From Podarcis liolepis (taxonomy: Eukaryota), in assembly GCA_965112155.1 (NCBI GenBank), contig OZ218108.1: a stretch of DNA of 64,000 nt; one strand, written 5' to 3'. Within the stretch, counting starts at the first letter, position 1. Each line of letters begins with the position of its first letter. Under the pieces are notes generated by a model, which searched no databases, had not been told where the DNA came from, and worked only from the letters and a program-made list of their open reading frames with translations. Positions 13,306 through 27,239 of the stretch are shown piece after piece. Both the position numbers and the translations under genes were made by a program.

Positions 13306-13371
13306 GATTCCTGCATTGTAGGGGCTGGGACTAGATGACCCTCATGGTCCTTCCAACTCTATAATTCTATG
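13306..13371 (+). mobile_element. CR1-derived 3' tail (truncated SINE/LINE)
   Basis: GATTCCTGCATTG...GGACTAGATGACC...CCTTCCAACTCTATAATTCTATG. Confidence 0.65.
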
Positions 13372-15184
13372 GACAAACAGTTTGCCCCAGTTTTATTCCT
13401 GCTCCTTTGAGAGCAGATGCAACAAACCGCAATCCTTGGTTTACGGGATTGTGTCCAAACAAGGATTGTGGCTTGCTCAAATTAGGCCTATATTACTTTT
13501 GGGCAGGGTATCTTTCCAACCCCAACTCCAGGAAGCCAATACAGAACCACCACAAAAGCTTAAAAACAGATCATATAGTACATCTGATATAAATACTGTT
13601 TTTCATAGCTGTTTCTTACCTGTCTACTTAAGGTTTGTAGAACACCATGCATAACAACAGTGTTTTATGACCAACAACAGCAGCAACAATAATAACGCAG
13701 GTAATAATAATTAGCACTAGTTACTGTATATTGGCAGTTGCTAGGTGACAAAATTCACTTCAACACTTGCTAAAATTATGTTGACCAAACTACCCTAGGA
13801 GAGCTTGGTCATCTGAATGAGCTCTAGATTAGCTGCCCATATGATTGAGCTGCATTTCTTCCCTTAAAATTGCTTCTGCAAAACAAGTTTCCTGCCTTTT
13901 CCAATTATTTAACTCCTTTCTTCCTCGAAGATACTAGTAGGATTGTCTAATATGTTCCTCATTTGCAAATTCTGATTTCAACCCCAGGCAAGTAGTGAAG
14001 GGCAAGCAAACTGAGTTCCTACAGTTGCACACACAGGTGTCATGCAATGATTAATACTGACCCTGTTAACTCACTTAATATGCACTGTTAGGATAAGTGA
14101 AGTAATTTACATAGGGAAGGAGAAAGGCTGTATTCACATTAGTATTCATAGGTTGTGCAGCTACTGTCCTGTTCATCAAGTTGAAAATATACCCTTTTGT
14201 ATGGTGATGGGAAAATGTCATTAGGTACAAATGGTTACAGAAAGGAGTGTAGCAGGGTCACAGCAAATCCCCCTTATTTTGTTTTCCTTGAGGAAGTGCT
14301 CTGGTCTAGCAATGCTTATTTGATCCAATAGTGTCTGTAGCGTCTGTCTGGAAAGAAATGCTGGGATTCCCTTAACCTGACCTTCCCCCTTGCTGTACCT
14401 CCCAATATTTTAAAAGTAATGTTCTGCTAAAGATACATCAGCAGTGATATGTGGCACGATAAACACCCAGCTTTGTCACAGGAATTGCTGAGGAGAGTCT
14501 ACAAACCTCTGTTGGTTTCCACCCACAGCTATGTGACTGGTGTTAAAAAGCAGTCTTTCAAAAACAATGCACAAGGGCTGAGTTCTCAGTTTCTTTGCTA
14601 TTGACAATTCCACTTTTTTTCATGGTCATGTCCAAAAAGAGACTTGGCTGAAAGTTTCTCTAGCTGTCACTTTCTGGTTGATTTATGCTATGTTGTTTGC
14701 AATTCAAGGATGTTTACGTTGTTCTGGTTGTATTCTGAAAGCTACCTTGAGTTCACTTGGTAAAAAAAACGCAGGTTCTAAATTCTTAAAATATCACAAA
14801 AATACTTTTTTTTTTTAAAAAAAAAAGGTTTCAAACGTGCCTTGTCAATAGGTGAGTAACATTAACAGCTGACATTTCTTAGCCACTAAGCTTTTCTGCC
14901 ATCTACAGACATCACAAGTAAAATGAACTGTTCTGTTTAGAAAGATCATTTCAATTCCTCCATTGACAGGCAAATCAGCCAAGCTTTTCTCTTCATGCTT
15001 TTCTTTGGGGAAGGCAGGCAGATTATTAATTCCTACAAGTAAATCATAGTTACTAAATGAGTATTAATCAATGTATAAGCATATATTAACAACCTTAGAA
15101 TGATCAATGTACACAGTGTCTGTTGTTAAGAGGAATCCCTGATCTGGACCTTGTGTGGAAATGAATTCAATCCACAAGTGTGGT

Positions 15185-15399
15185 GAGAGCCAGTGTGGTG
15201 TAGTGGTTAAGAGCGGTGGACTTGTAATCTGGTGAACTGGGTTCGATTCCCTGCTCACACTTCTCTGAAGTCTCTCAGCCTCACTCACCTCACAGAGTGT
15301 TTGTTATGGGGGAAGAAGGGAAAAAGAGATTGTTAGCTGCTTTGAGACTCCTTAGGGTAGTGATAAAGCGGGATATCAAATCCAAAATCCTCTTCTTCT
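15185..15399 (+). mobile_element. tRNA-derived SINE (Squam3/CORE-like)
   Basis: A box TGGTGTAGTGG, B box GGTTCGATTCC, central CCTCACAGAGTGTTTGTT, (TCT)n tail. Confidence 0.75.
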
Positions 15400-15589
15400 A
15401 CCATAAGAATGTGCTTCAAAGCTTTACTGCAGAACAGTCTTAAATACCAGTTACAATAAGATAAACGATATCAGTTTAGGGACTGTGAGCATCATCATGA
15501 GAGGTGTGTTTTTAGGACTAAGGTTTGAAACTGTGAAGCTCCCTGGTTATTTTTGCTATTGGATGCTGTATGTTGTTTAAGTAATCAAT

Positions 15590-15614
15590 CACACACACAC
15601 ACACACACACACAC
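15590..15614. repeat. (CA)n microsatellite
   Basis: About 12 CA units. Confidence 0.95.
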
Positions 15615-16499
15615 AGTATCAAAATGTGGCTTTTTGTATGTTATTGTATTTGCTATAGTTTTGCTATGTCATTATGAAATTGTTACTATGCTACTGTTTT
15701 GCTATGTTATTATGAAATTGCTTTTGTCATGTTTGTTTGAAATGTAGCCCTGTTTTCTTTGTTGTAAACCTCTTTGAGCATGTTCTACGTTTTTTTGGTG
15801 CAAAAACGGCATATAAATAAAATGAATGAATAATATTTAAAATGTTTGCAAACAAACAAACAAAAAAAAACCCCAACACATTTTTGTATGAAGTAGGATC
15901 CAGGTTATAAAGATGACAAATTCCTGCTTTTTGCTCTTGCTTTTTAATGTTTTGGTAGACACGGTACTCCCCAGTCAGATGCACTAAAATCCTGGATAGC
16001 TGAATTGCTTTCTATGGGACAACAATCACTTCTCTGCAAGAGAAAATAAACAGAAAAGATTTAAAAACAAACCAATAAGATGTTGGAAGTGATGAGATGC
16101 AACTCAGATTACACTGAAGGCTGATGTGTCTACTGTACATACAAAAAATGAGAGAGGAACCTCCAGGTTTTGTAGACTGTCCTTCTTCCTGACCTAACCT
16201 TTTTCCTTGCCTCAGGTGTGCTACTCCAGCATGGATTCAGTATTCAGGTGTGAAGAAGGAGGAGCATCAACATAGTCTCAATACGCAGCCAGCTGTTTTG
16301 GGACTACAAGTCCCCATCATCCCTAGCTACCAGGACCAGTGGTCAAGGGATGATGGGAACTGTAGTCCCAAAGCAGCTGGAGGGCCCAGTTCGATCCTCA
16401 CCCCCGAAAAATCATTCCAACCCACTCATTTATAGAGAATGGTTAGGACTAGATCCCAGAGTTCAACTAACAAGTTGTGACTCCTGCCCAGACTTTTGC

Positions 16500-17270
16500 C
16501 ATGCGCGGTCCGGAGGCTCCCTGTCCTCCTTCCCTGCCTGGAAACGGGGAGGACCCTGCCTGCCTGCCGAAACGCTGCGCAATACGCAGCCACTAAAAAA
16601 AACCCTAAACTGCCCCCCTCCCTCAACGCGCCGCTCTTCCTGAAGCCGGAGCGGAGGAGAAGAAACCCTCTCCAAACACCCGAGCGCAACAACCTCCCCT
16701 CTCCGCCGTTGGAGCGAGCCGCCTTTGCGCCTGCGCACACTCCCCGCAGCTCCCTCCTTCGGGCCTTGGCGGCGGGCTCCCTGGAAGAAAAAAAAAGGGG
16801 GTGGCGCTAATTTGCGGACGTGGCGCCGGCGCCGCTCCGCTGCCTCGGCCGGGGCCTGGCCTGTCAGCGCGGAAATAAGGCGAAGCGGCTCCTCGGAGGC
16901 GGCCATTGCCCAGAGCGGGTCGGGAGGGACAGGTGCCGCCGCCAGTGTGAGGGGCGGCGACAAGTCTGTCACCGTCGAGCCGGCGGCTGAGGCGGGAGGC
17001 TGGCATGTCTCTTTCGCGGGCTGCCTCCCTCCACAAAGAGGAGCCCCTTCCTGAGGGAAGCAGGTAGGGTGGAAGGCGGGCCGCTGCGGGGCCCGGAGCC
17101 GCCGTCCCGGGGAAAGGGGCCCGCTCTGTCTGCTTCTCTTTTTGCCTCATGCCCCCTCGGTTAGGAGCGTTTGCTGCTCCGGGGGGGGGGGGTAGGCGGA
17201 AAGAGCCGCCGGTGGGGGTGGGCAGCGCAGTTGTGGCCCTCGGATGCTGCCGGGGGCCGGACTAGACGGG
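16500..17270. promoter_or_regulatory. CpG island / LYSMD3 promoter with NRF1 site (16726-16737)
   Basis: CpG-rich; TGCGCCTGCGCA NRF1-type motif, GCGGAAAT ETS-like and GGCGGCCATT YY1-like motifs. Confidence 0.85.
16850..17063 (+). other. LYSMD3: Putative 5' exon 1 of LYSMD3 (start approximate)
   Basis: Donor CAG|GTAGGG at 17063/17064 in the CpG island about 1.15 kb upstream of the first coding exon. Confidence 0.5.
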
Positions 17271-18228
17271 CCACACTGGCCTGGCCCAGCAGACCTCTCT
17301 GATGCCCTTCATCATGTGATGCTCTGGTCGGGGTGGGTAGGTGGGGGCTCCTTAGGCAGCCACGCTTCGCTCACTTCTGGGGGTCTTCTGGGGGGAAGGC
17401 GCTTTTGATGACAACACGTGTTGTTGTTATTTCACTTCGGAATGGGAGGCGAACTAGGCCTTCTGGGTTTTAAGGGTCCTGCTCATCTTGCCAAGGGGTG
17501 GTCCAAAGTCCTGCCCTCCTGAGTGCTCCGCTTCTAGGTTTTGTCAGCTTTCCTTTCTGGGCTCAGCTGCCTGGGTGTTTAGGAGGTGTAGCTTCCAGAC
17601 CATCCTTCAGCAGGTGCCACTTTCCCTCCAACTTGTGACTTTACTGCCATAGTTACTGTTAAAAAGACACAGAAGGCTGTCAGAAGCAAACCTGGCTTAT
17701 TCTTACAGGTCCAAGCCCCACTCCTCTGCCCAATAGGCAAGCTTGTATTGGGATCCCTATAAAGATAATGCCCAGGTAATGTTGATGGGGGTTGGTTAGG
17801 AGCTGAGAAGGTGTGTTTCTGTGGTGGGCAGGTGGTTCTTGTATACACTGTAAATCAGAAATAGGATTGCTTTCTACTGAAATACTTTGCTTCTCACATA
17901 GATTACTAGATAGTTTTCTTACTTCCAAATATGCAGGTTCAGTGATAGTCTTCATTCTCTGTTCTTCCCTCTCCATCCCTGCAAGCACTGTTGTCTCTCT
18001 AGTGTCCATTTCTATTTGTTTTGTTTTCAATTATTAACCTGGAGAATCTGTGCATGCCAAATGGTTTGGTGCTTTTTTTTAGGAATATGTGTGGGCTGGC
18101 AGCAGGGAGGTGAAATTGTTGCCCTATTGCTCATAGATGTTCTATATAAATTAGTACTTAAGCTGGGATGCTCTGTTTGACTAGTTGTCCTATTTTTCTT
18201 TTTCTTCTGTTAGACTCCTTTTGACAGA

Positions 18229-18498
18229 ATGACAGCAAAAAAACAGAATTTCAGTTTCCAGCTCCCTGCTGTAGTGCAGCCTACAGTGGATAATCATTTG
18301 TATACATTTGGGAATGGTATCAGTTCTGACAGTGATGTGCTGGAAGATGAAACGGAGCTGTATGAATTGCGACCCAGGGGAAGGGAGAAAGTCCGAAGAA
18401 GTACATCAAGAGAAAGGATTGATGATATCGTATTTATAACCAAGGATATAAAGGAAGGAGACACACTAAATGCAATAGCTCTTCAGTATTGTTGTTCA
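18229..18498 (+). CDS. LYSMD3: LysM domain-containing protein 3, first coding exon
   Basis: MTAKKQ...[17 protein letters not shown]...[16 protein letters not shown] (90 aa), donor TCA|GTAAGT in phase 0, polypyrimidine acceptor upstream. Confidence 0.95.
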
Positions 18499-20945
18499 GT
18501 AAGTCTGTATGCAACTTTTCCCAGTGGAATTTTGTTACATGTGAACACAGAAAGCTTTTAAAATTCTTATACAAAAATATTAACTTATTTGCAATAGAAA
18601 AAACTTAAACAAGATGCATTGTACAGCTTGATTTGATAGATTTGTACCACACTGAAGTGTGCTGTGAATCAACTACAAGAGTCTTGCATAGGTTTTGGAA
18701 TTGTATTTAACTTTTACTCAGAGTACACCCATTAAAATGAATGGCCATTACTAGCTTAGGTATATTAATTTTAAACTAAGACTTAGTGGAATGTAACCCT
18801 TGATGGTTTTTGCCTCACTGAATAGGAGTATATTATGGTGCTGCCACCGAAGGTTCCCAAACTTTGTTGGTGATAGCAGGTTGAAAGTTTCTGCTCTTAT
18901 GTGCAGTGAAGTGATAACTTGGTATCAGGATATCCATGCGTGGATGTGCATGCATGTTCAAATGAATCATCATTTGGATCTACAACAACCAAATGGTTGC
19001 AGACCTAAATAAACTGGTATGTGTGAGTCAGCACACAATAATTATGTTTCCAAAATGCTTTTTGGATAATGTTTAGTTCTCATGAATTCTAGTCCACTAG
19101 GCCCAAATTACATGTTAGAAGAGCCCCTCAGATTACAACTACATTCATTCTTTTAAGTGTAAAAACATATCTTCCAGTGGGGGTAAATGGGGAAAGAAAA
19201 GCAGCAAGTCCTACTGTTTTAAATGCAAGTTGTATATAAAATCTTGGGGGTAAGACAAGCAGTGGGTAGGAGCAGGGAAAGGTTTGAACACAGGTCCTTG
19301 CTTTGTCTGAACTCTGTTATCCCCAGTAAAGGCTTGGAGGCAATTCCCTTTGACCTTGCTGCCTGGTAAATGGATTTTAGGATTGCAGCCTTAAAGGCTA
19401 TTGGGCTACAGTTAGCAGCTATTTACATACAGTGCATAGTTTGGAACTTGTCAGTTAAGATATTGCACAAATTAATGTCCAAATACTTTTTTAAAAGGCA
19501 GAACCCTCTGCCTTTCATATGTGTTTCATATGTAAGCAACCTAAGACACAAAGTTTCTTAAAATATTTTATTCCCTTATTTAATTTTTTTAAGAGAGGTG
19601 CATTCCTGAAAACCTCTCCCCTTTCTTAGACAAGGGTAAATTGCAAGAAGGGCAACACAATTGCCTGTTTTGGAAAATGTGGTCCCATATCTTTAATCAA
19701 GTGACTAACATTTGTTATAGTAGCTGAAATTTCTATAGTATCCCATCAGCTGCTACTTTTATGTTCCTAAGAAGTTCTAAACAACCCTTTATACCATATG
19801 GATATATGATTTTTAATTGAAATGCGTTTTCAAAAGACGGTTTGTAATATGTCATGGCAGATGGGGAGTACATATTGTTTAAAGAAAAGGATCTTGAATA
19901 CAGCTAACTTAGGTTTTCCAGATCCCAGCATCTTGCCATTTGTGGGGAGTCAAAGCACTTTGTATGAGTGGTAATTGGTTTAGATGCATAGAATAGTAGA
20001 AACAGTGCTCTACAGCTAGTTATTTAATCAGTTTCATAGAACAAAAATGCTGATTGTAAAAAAAAAAAAGGATTCTGAAAATCAGAATAACTAAGAGAAC
20101 TAAATTATTTTTTTCTTAGGCCCCAACAGCTGTAACAGGCTTTGGGTAAAGTGTTTATTAGGTGCACATGTGACACAAGGATCACCTTTAGGAACTTTTA
20201 CTTTATATGTGTAGTGTTAGCGGGCCAATAACAAGTGTATTTAAATAAGACTGGGTGTATGTGGAACACCTGTGGCTTACACAATATCTGGTTTTGCCCT
20301 TGAAACATTGGATTACATGTTATGACTGCACATATAGAAAAGGAATAGTCCTCCCTATTAGGAGTTTCTTGAAGCACTGACTCACTCCATGACTTTCCCT
20401 GCCCTTCAGGAAGGAGAAAGAACACCAGAATAGCTCTTTGCCTGGAGAAAGGAGTCATGGTTGGCCCTAGGTAACCCAAACTCCTGCTGCTAACTGGGCT
20501 ATCATTTTCTTTTTCAGTTGAGTAGTTGACTCTTTAATAACAAATTTCCTCTGCTTCTCTCCTGATTAAACAGTTTAAGCAGAAGAACCATAACAAACAG
20601 TACAACAATATAGTTGGAGGTAAGAAGCCCATTCTAAGTCATTTGATTCACAGGGGCTCATCTTACCATCCTGGGGAGATAGGAAAGGCAAGGTGAGCCA
20701 GTGCTTCCAGCGCCCCTCTTTCTTTCTTTTTCTGTTGGGATTAGATCCTTTAGACTCCCATAGCCTTTCCTACCCACAATCATAACTGGCTGTTTCAATT
20801 GCAATAACATGTAGCCAGGCTTTTTGTTCCAATTTATTTTTTAAAAGAAGTTCAACAGTTAGGACTTCGAAAATGAATGCTGATCACTCAAGAGCTGCCT
20901 TTTCAAAAATGCTAATTCTTTCCTTTGTTAACTGTTGTGTTTCAG

Positions 20946-21521
20946 GTAGCAGATATCAAAAGGGTGAACAATCTTATTACAGATCAGGACTTCTTTGCAC
21001 TGCGAACTATTAAAATTCCAGTGAAGAAGTTCAGTGTATTGACTGAGACACACAGCTTTCCAAAAAGCAGGCAAGCTTCAAGATCTGCCTCTACTTTGTA
21101 CTCTACAGAAACCCCAGATGCATCACAAGCTTCTGAGCCATTCTCCACAGAGACTGTTGGTAACTTTCTGAAAGAAGTAGACCGTGATATAGAACAAATA
21201 GTGAAGTGTAATGCTACAAAGAGAGAGAATCTTAATGAAGTTGTTTCTGCCTTATCAACCCAACAGTTAAACTTTGAACCGGACGGTAAATCCATAAAGC
21301 GGAAAGATCCTCATTATGGAGCAGACTGGGGAATAAGATGGTCAACAGCAGTAGTGATAATGGTAGTGGTGGTAATAATAACTCCTGTTTTTTATCTTTT
21401 ATACTATGAAGTTTTAGCTAAAGTGGATGTCAGCCACCATTCTACTGCAGAATATACTTCAGTTACAGCACCATCTCAGCCCAAACCACTAGAAAATGGA
21501 ATAAATCACCCTATTTCATGA
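20946..21521 (+). CDS. LYSMD3: LYSMD3 last coding exon (LysM C-half, coiled region, TM helix)
   Basis: TTTCAG|[26 protein letters not shown]...[31 protein letters not shown]...TGA; total 281 aa; AATAAA at 21643 and 24304. Confidence 0.95.
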   Translation, partial: VADIKRVNNLITDQDFFALRTIKIPVKKFSVLTETHSFPKSRQASRSASTLYSTETPDASQASEPFSTETVGNFLKEVDRDIEQIVKCNATKRENLNEVVSALSTQQLNFEPDGKSIKRKDPHYGADWGIRWSTAVVIMVVVVIITPVFYLLYYEVLAKVDVSHHSTAEYTSVTAPSQPKPLENGINHPIS

Positions 21522-23494
21522 TAACTGAAATTTTTGCTTTACATGCTAAAGTCTTTGGCAATCATTCAATGTGTTCTGCAAAGAAAAAAGAACAACGGGT
21601 CCTGTGTGGAGTTGGAAAGTAGCTATCTTTGTGGTGGCATTTAATAAAAACTCTTGCAGAGGGTATGGAAGACATCACCTTTCAATGGAAAAGTTGTTGC
21701 CAAGTTCAGTGTGAGATTGTTGATTGAATACCAATTGTCTAGATCTGCCAAAATATGTGGATCTAAGCTGGCAAACTTCCACTAAGTGAAAGTACCTTTA
21801 TTGCAGCCAGCAAACAATGAAATGGTTTTCTTTAGTCTGGAAGTAAGCTACCTTCCTGTATTATAAAAGATAAACCATTCTCTTATAGCATGGAATATAA
21901 TACAAATCATGAAGGTAGGGGTTAAAAACAGTTTAGCTTATCAGATATGCAGAACAAGTACAATGCTCTGTTGTTGATCTAACATACACTACATAGACTA
22001 TGATATTTACAGTACCTTTTCGTGAGAAAAGACCAATGAGCCATGAGACTAAACTGCATTTGGCATGCAAACATCTGTAACAGTGTACTGATACTGTTAC
22101 TACTTTTAATAATAGTTTTTTTGGGGGGGCAAAAGCTGTTGAGCAAGGAAGGGTATTCTTAAACCATTGCCTACTTGTAATCTTTCTGCTCCCAAGCGAC
22201 CCCCCTAAGTGCTGTTACTATTGAAGAGTTCCAAAGGTGCAAATGTATATGTAATTTGGTGCATTCTCCCCTACCCTTTAAATGGAAAGGCATTGGAGTC
22301 CCAGTGGACACTTTTTGCAGGGAACAGTTACCTGGTGTGAAAAGAGGTTTTAAGCCTTGCACCAGCTCTGGGACTGCTAGGGATGCTCTCTTTCCCCCTC
22401 ACCTGCAAGGTGGCTCCAGGACTTTGACTATATGTGATGTTTGCATATATGACTAACCCTTGGAAGTGAACCCCTGTGTAAAATGAGGGATTACTCATAC
22501 AAACATGTGACTCACATATCTAAACTGATTTTTATTGCAGTAAACAGGGCTGTATCCAGTGTTAATAATACTCCAAGTAAACCATTTGAAATTGATGGAA
22601 ATTGCATTACATTAATTAAGGGGGACCTGCCCTGAGTAGAACGTCATTGAATAAAACCGTTACTTAATGCACTTGACTACATAGAGTCAGCTAACGGCCC
22701 CCTAAATTGTTTTCCTCTAGCAAAAAGGAAATATTTATGTTCTTATGCAGAAGCATACTTAACCATGAAACCATGATGCCTTCTCATGTCATATTAACCT
22801 GCAAAGTTGGAGTTTTGCTAATAATAATACTAAAAGGCAGAGAAGCAAGCTAACACAAGTTGTTGAGAAAAATAGAAGCCAGGTTTTTTCTTAAGCAGTT
22901 CTTGGTTATTTTGAAGAAATATATTCTAGTATTCTAGTTTAAAAGTTCCACAGAGAACTCATGCAGTAGAAAAAATGGCTGGGACTACAGTAATTGAAAA
23001 TTAGTGAAACACACATTCCCATAATCCTAATTTAATATGCCCCTTATTTATACATAAATGTTTCCCTCTTTTTTTAAAAACAGTAAGACGTATGCTGCCA
23101 GCCTGTGCAATACATAAGCTTGCTTCCGCATATTTTTAGATGTGTCTTCTAGAACAGGATTTTGGCTGCAATCTGAAGCTTCCCACATTTTCCTGGCAGG
23201 AAGCACCACAGAATTCATTAGGACTTACTTCTGAGTAGACATGGTTCAGATTGTCATGTTAGTGTATTTACATGACATGTAATGCTAAAGTGTACATCAT
23301 GTATATGGGGTAGAACTTCGTAGTCTCAGTCTCCAACTCCAGCCCGAACAGAAGGCCAGTCCACTTGTGCATGGACATATGCAGCAGGAATTCCAACAGG
23401 CAGGACCAATATCTAAAGAAAGTATGATTCAGGCAGTATCTAAATCTCAGCAAGTTTTTTGTGTATGAGAAAGCTTTTTGGACTTGATGTTAAG

Positions 23495-23763
23495 GAGGGC
23501 TGGGCAATATCTGGTTTTCAACATTACAATATATCACCAGCTAAACATCGCAATATAACAATATATCACAGTGTCTGAAAAAAGGATGGAGCTGTGCAGA
23601 GGTATTGGCTGGCTTCATGGTTTTTCCCACGTAATTTTTGCATAGCACACACATATACATCATGATTCAAAATATATTGCCAGGTCAAAAACTATGAAAC
23701 AGATATCATGATATGGACTTCCAGCTGGTTTTGGATGATATATCAATATATCGCCCAGCCCTA
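23495..23763. mobile_element. hAT (Ac-like) MITE
   Basis: TIRs AGGGCTGGGCAATAT / ATATCGCCCAGCCCTA; 8-bp TSD ATGTTAAG/ATGTTAAC. Confidence 0.75.
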
Positions 23764-26700
23764 ATGTTAACTATTCATTCCTTTAGATTTTCTAGGGTGT
23801 ATCCATATATTAGGACAGACCATAAGAAAACTATTTGGAGTTAATTATGTTGGCTTCGTGTATAATTGCTTTCATAGAATTAAGTTTTAGTGCTGTGCCC
23901 TTGGCTTTTCTGGGTGGCCACTCTAAGATATAACCCTTGGAACAGTGTTTCTGTGTGTTCTGGAAACTGGTAGTGAACAGTGTCCTCTTAACATTACTCA
24001 TGGTCCTATATATAAAGATCCTTCTGAAAAAATACCTGTCTTGAGTTTAGCTGCAGGGAAATGTTTGTTGCATCAAGTGAGTTTGTGTGCTTTTTGATGT
24101 TGGACAAGGAAAATTTTATGTTGGCTGCAGGGAAATTAAGAGCCAAATCTGTGGTTGAACTCTGAATGTCTTTTTTTTTCTTTGTTATGGTTTATAGCCG
24201 AACAAGTAAAGGTGTTGCTTGACAATATATAGTTGTAGTAAAATATTCACATGTGTGAAATGATGGCAGCAGAAATCTTTATTATATAGGCTCTTTATTT
24301 TTCAATAAAAGCCACAGAAGCAAGCTATTTACAACTTATTTTTAAAGTTTGGTTGTAATGTGGTAAATAGCCCTTATTTTTAAAACTGTGCTATGGAGTT
24401 CCAAAAACGGAGTATGTTATTTGTAGGGAAGATACAAGGTTTAAAATTTGAACAAAATCTCTGAGGCATAGGCACGTTCATCAGTTGCAGGGAAAATATC
24501 ACTGGCCCAGCTCACATGCCATGCTAAAACATTCTCTTAGTGTTATGCTCAAGTGGGGATCATAGTTTGTTTCACACCAAACAAACCACAATTGGTAAGC
24601 CAAGAACAAATTGTAGTTTGTCTGAAGTGAAACCAACCACTATCCTTGCTTTGGATGTAAGGCCAAGGATCAGAGTTTGTTTTTTGGAGCAGCCAAGATT
24701 GGTGTGTTCACAGTCAACCATTAATTGTGGATTATGATGATGTGTGAATGATTCCAAAGTCCTATGGGATTCTAAATGCTTAAAAAATTATTATAGCGGA
24801 AGCTTTTGTGGACCACACAGTTAATGTTATCAGATTCATGAAGCATTATTCTGAATTACTAGTATTCATCCCTGGATGTGGTTGCTCTGTTTTATTGTGA
24901 CTCGCTTATGGAACAACACCAATGCAGTTGCTTTCTGCATGTGTTACTCCATTTTTTCTTTTAATGAATTTATAAGAACAGGGGTGCTTAGCCATCTGGT
25001 TTTGTGTTTTAAAGCTCCCTTACCATCCTTAATCATGCGTGAAAATATCTGAGATGTACTTCATGAAATTCCTCAGTTCCCCATGGGAAAGCTGTGAATT
25101 TCATTGTCTTTAAAAGAAATGGAGAAAAAAGTATCACTATCACTATGCAGCCCAGCACTGTATATTACCCATTGGATGTGTGGCTGGGTTTGGACTGCTT
25201 TGATGTGGTGTTGGGTGTAGCATCTCTTGAGCTTATCATCCTCCTGGATTAGAATGGGGAAACAATGGAATGTGCTTTCAATAGGGTATTTATTAGAATA
25301 GGGTCATCCCCATTCATATTCTGCTGCAAGTAGTCACACAAATACGATTTTTTCTATATGACTATGGCAGTTGATGTGGGCAGCAAAAAGAGACAAGAGC
25401 AGTATAGCAGGATCCATACAACTGGATAGACTGCTTCACCTAGTGAAGAACTATATCTTAGGTGACCTAGGCGACTGTTGTACAGGCCTTTAAAAAAAGA
25501 CTCTAAGCCACTAGCTCAACTTTTTCTGACCCAGGATCCACCTTTAACCCAAGCATAAATTTAGGGGCTAATAAAAAACCATATATTTGTATGGTGGTGG
25601 TAGTGGTACTCTTGCAACCCATCTTAGATCAGGCTGTAACCTATAGCGGTTCCTGACGCACCCACTGAAGATCAGTGCTCTAAGCAATCAGTTTCGCATG
25701 TGAATTCAAATGAAATGACCTGAGGGAATGGAAAACTGCAGGAAAAGAAAGTTCCAGATATGCCACCTCTGAATTTTTTTTGGGGGGTGGGGTAAAGTGG
25801 AATACCAAACACAGCCAAGTGTAGAAGAGTTCTAAACATAAAAGGGGAATTTATAGACCTAACTAGATAGATTTATTAAAATTCTCTGTCACTTTTTAGA
25901 TAAAACTTGCAAGGCAGCATGCAGTAAAATTTCTAAACGACCTACACTTGAACTGTCTACACATCACAAAGACTGGTTGGTGTACCACAGCTAAATCATT
26001 TTTGTGGTGATAATTTGAACTGAGGCATCTGAAAAAGTATTGTCAAATAGTGAAAATAATAATCAGCATAGTATTATGTACCAAAAATACTACCTTGGAC
26101 TTTGCTATAGCTCAAGGATCTGTGCCTTATTTCTGCAATTTAACTATGCTAAACCTGTTTCTTTTGTGAAAAAGTGAATAGTGCAGTCATGAAATCGAAG
26201 GTCTGTTGAAATATCACAATGAGGACCTGCTTGTTTTATTAAAGACACTGATTTATTTTCTGTGTATGGGACTTGCAGTAGCTTTAAGGAAAAAAGTATG
26301 TTAAAGCACTTCATATGTTCTGTTGGTGTATGTATTTCTCTTTTCAAAAACAATGTGGCAGAAATGAGTACTTTGTAATCATGTGTGGTGAATCTATGGT
26401 TTGGCAAGGATAGAAAAAGATAACCTAATGTTCCAGAAAATGGATTATTGGATTATTATTTTGCTGTGCATTCTAGTGGTTCCTATTGACAAATCTAGCT
26501 CAATACTAAAGTTGTCCAAGCCTCCTTTATTTCAGGGGGAACTTCTGCCTACATACTTAGGGTTACAGTAGTAAATTTTAAGAATTCTGCAAAAAAAAAG
26601 AGAAAAATATTTAGAATATGGTCACCAGATTTCTAAATACAATCCATGGTTGAACAGGGAAATTGGCTCTTAATCTGTGTATTGTATTATGAAACCACAT

Positions 26701-27189
26701 GAAATGTTTTTACCCCTGGATTGGTTATTCAAAGGAACACTGCCACAAATGTTCTTTACATAATTAAGCCGTTTATAAAAGTTTTGGAATTTATAAGATG
26801 GCAAGAATATATTTTCTTTTTGAATTCTTAATTCCAGAAAAATAAAAATAAAGAAATATATTTTTAATCCTGTTTAGTGATCAATTGATGTACCCTATGG
26901 ATATTCCACACTAATCCAAAAAGCCGCTTTAGCTACAGCAAAGGATTTTGGCATGCCCATTTCTGTGTTCTACTGTGAAAAGCAGACTCCAACACATCAG
27001 AGGTGTCAAGAGGGGATTCTTCTGCAACATGTTTCTTGTGCAGCAGATCTCCTAGTCCAAATTGTATTTCATTATTGATTTAAGGTGTTTATATATACAG
27101 TACTGCTTTTCAGGCACACCCAATCAAGCAGTTTACATAAGATTACAACACTAAGCATTGATTTTTTTAAAAAAGCTACAATGGAAAAG

Positions 27190-27238
<49 letters not shown>

Positions 27239-27239
27239 C
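27190..27239. repeat. (CAA)n microsatellite
   Basis: About 16 CAA units; source of the spurious polyQ/polyT/polyV ORFs. Confidence 0.95.
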
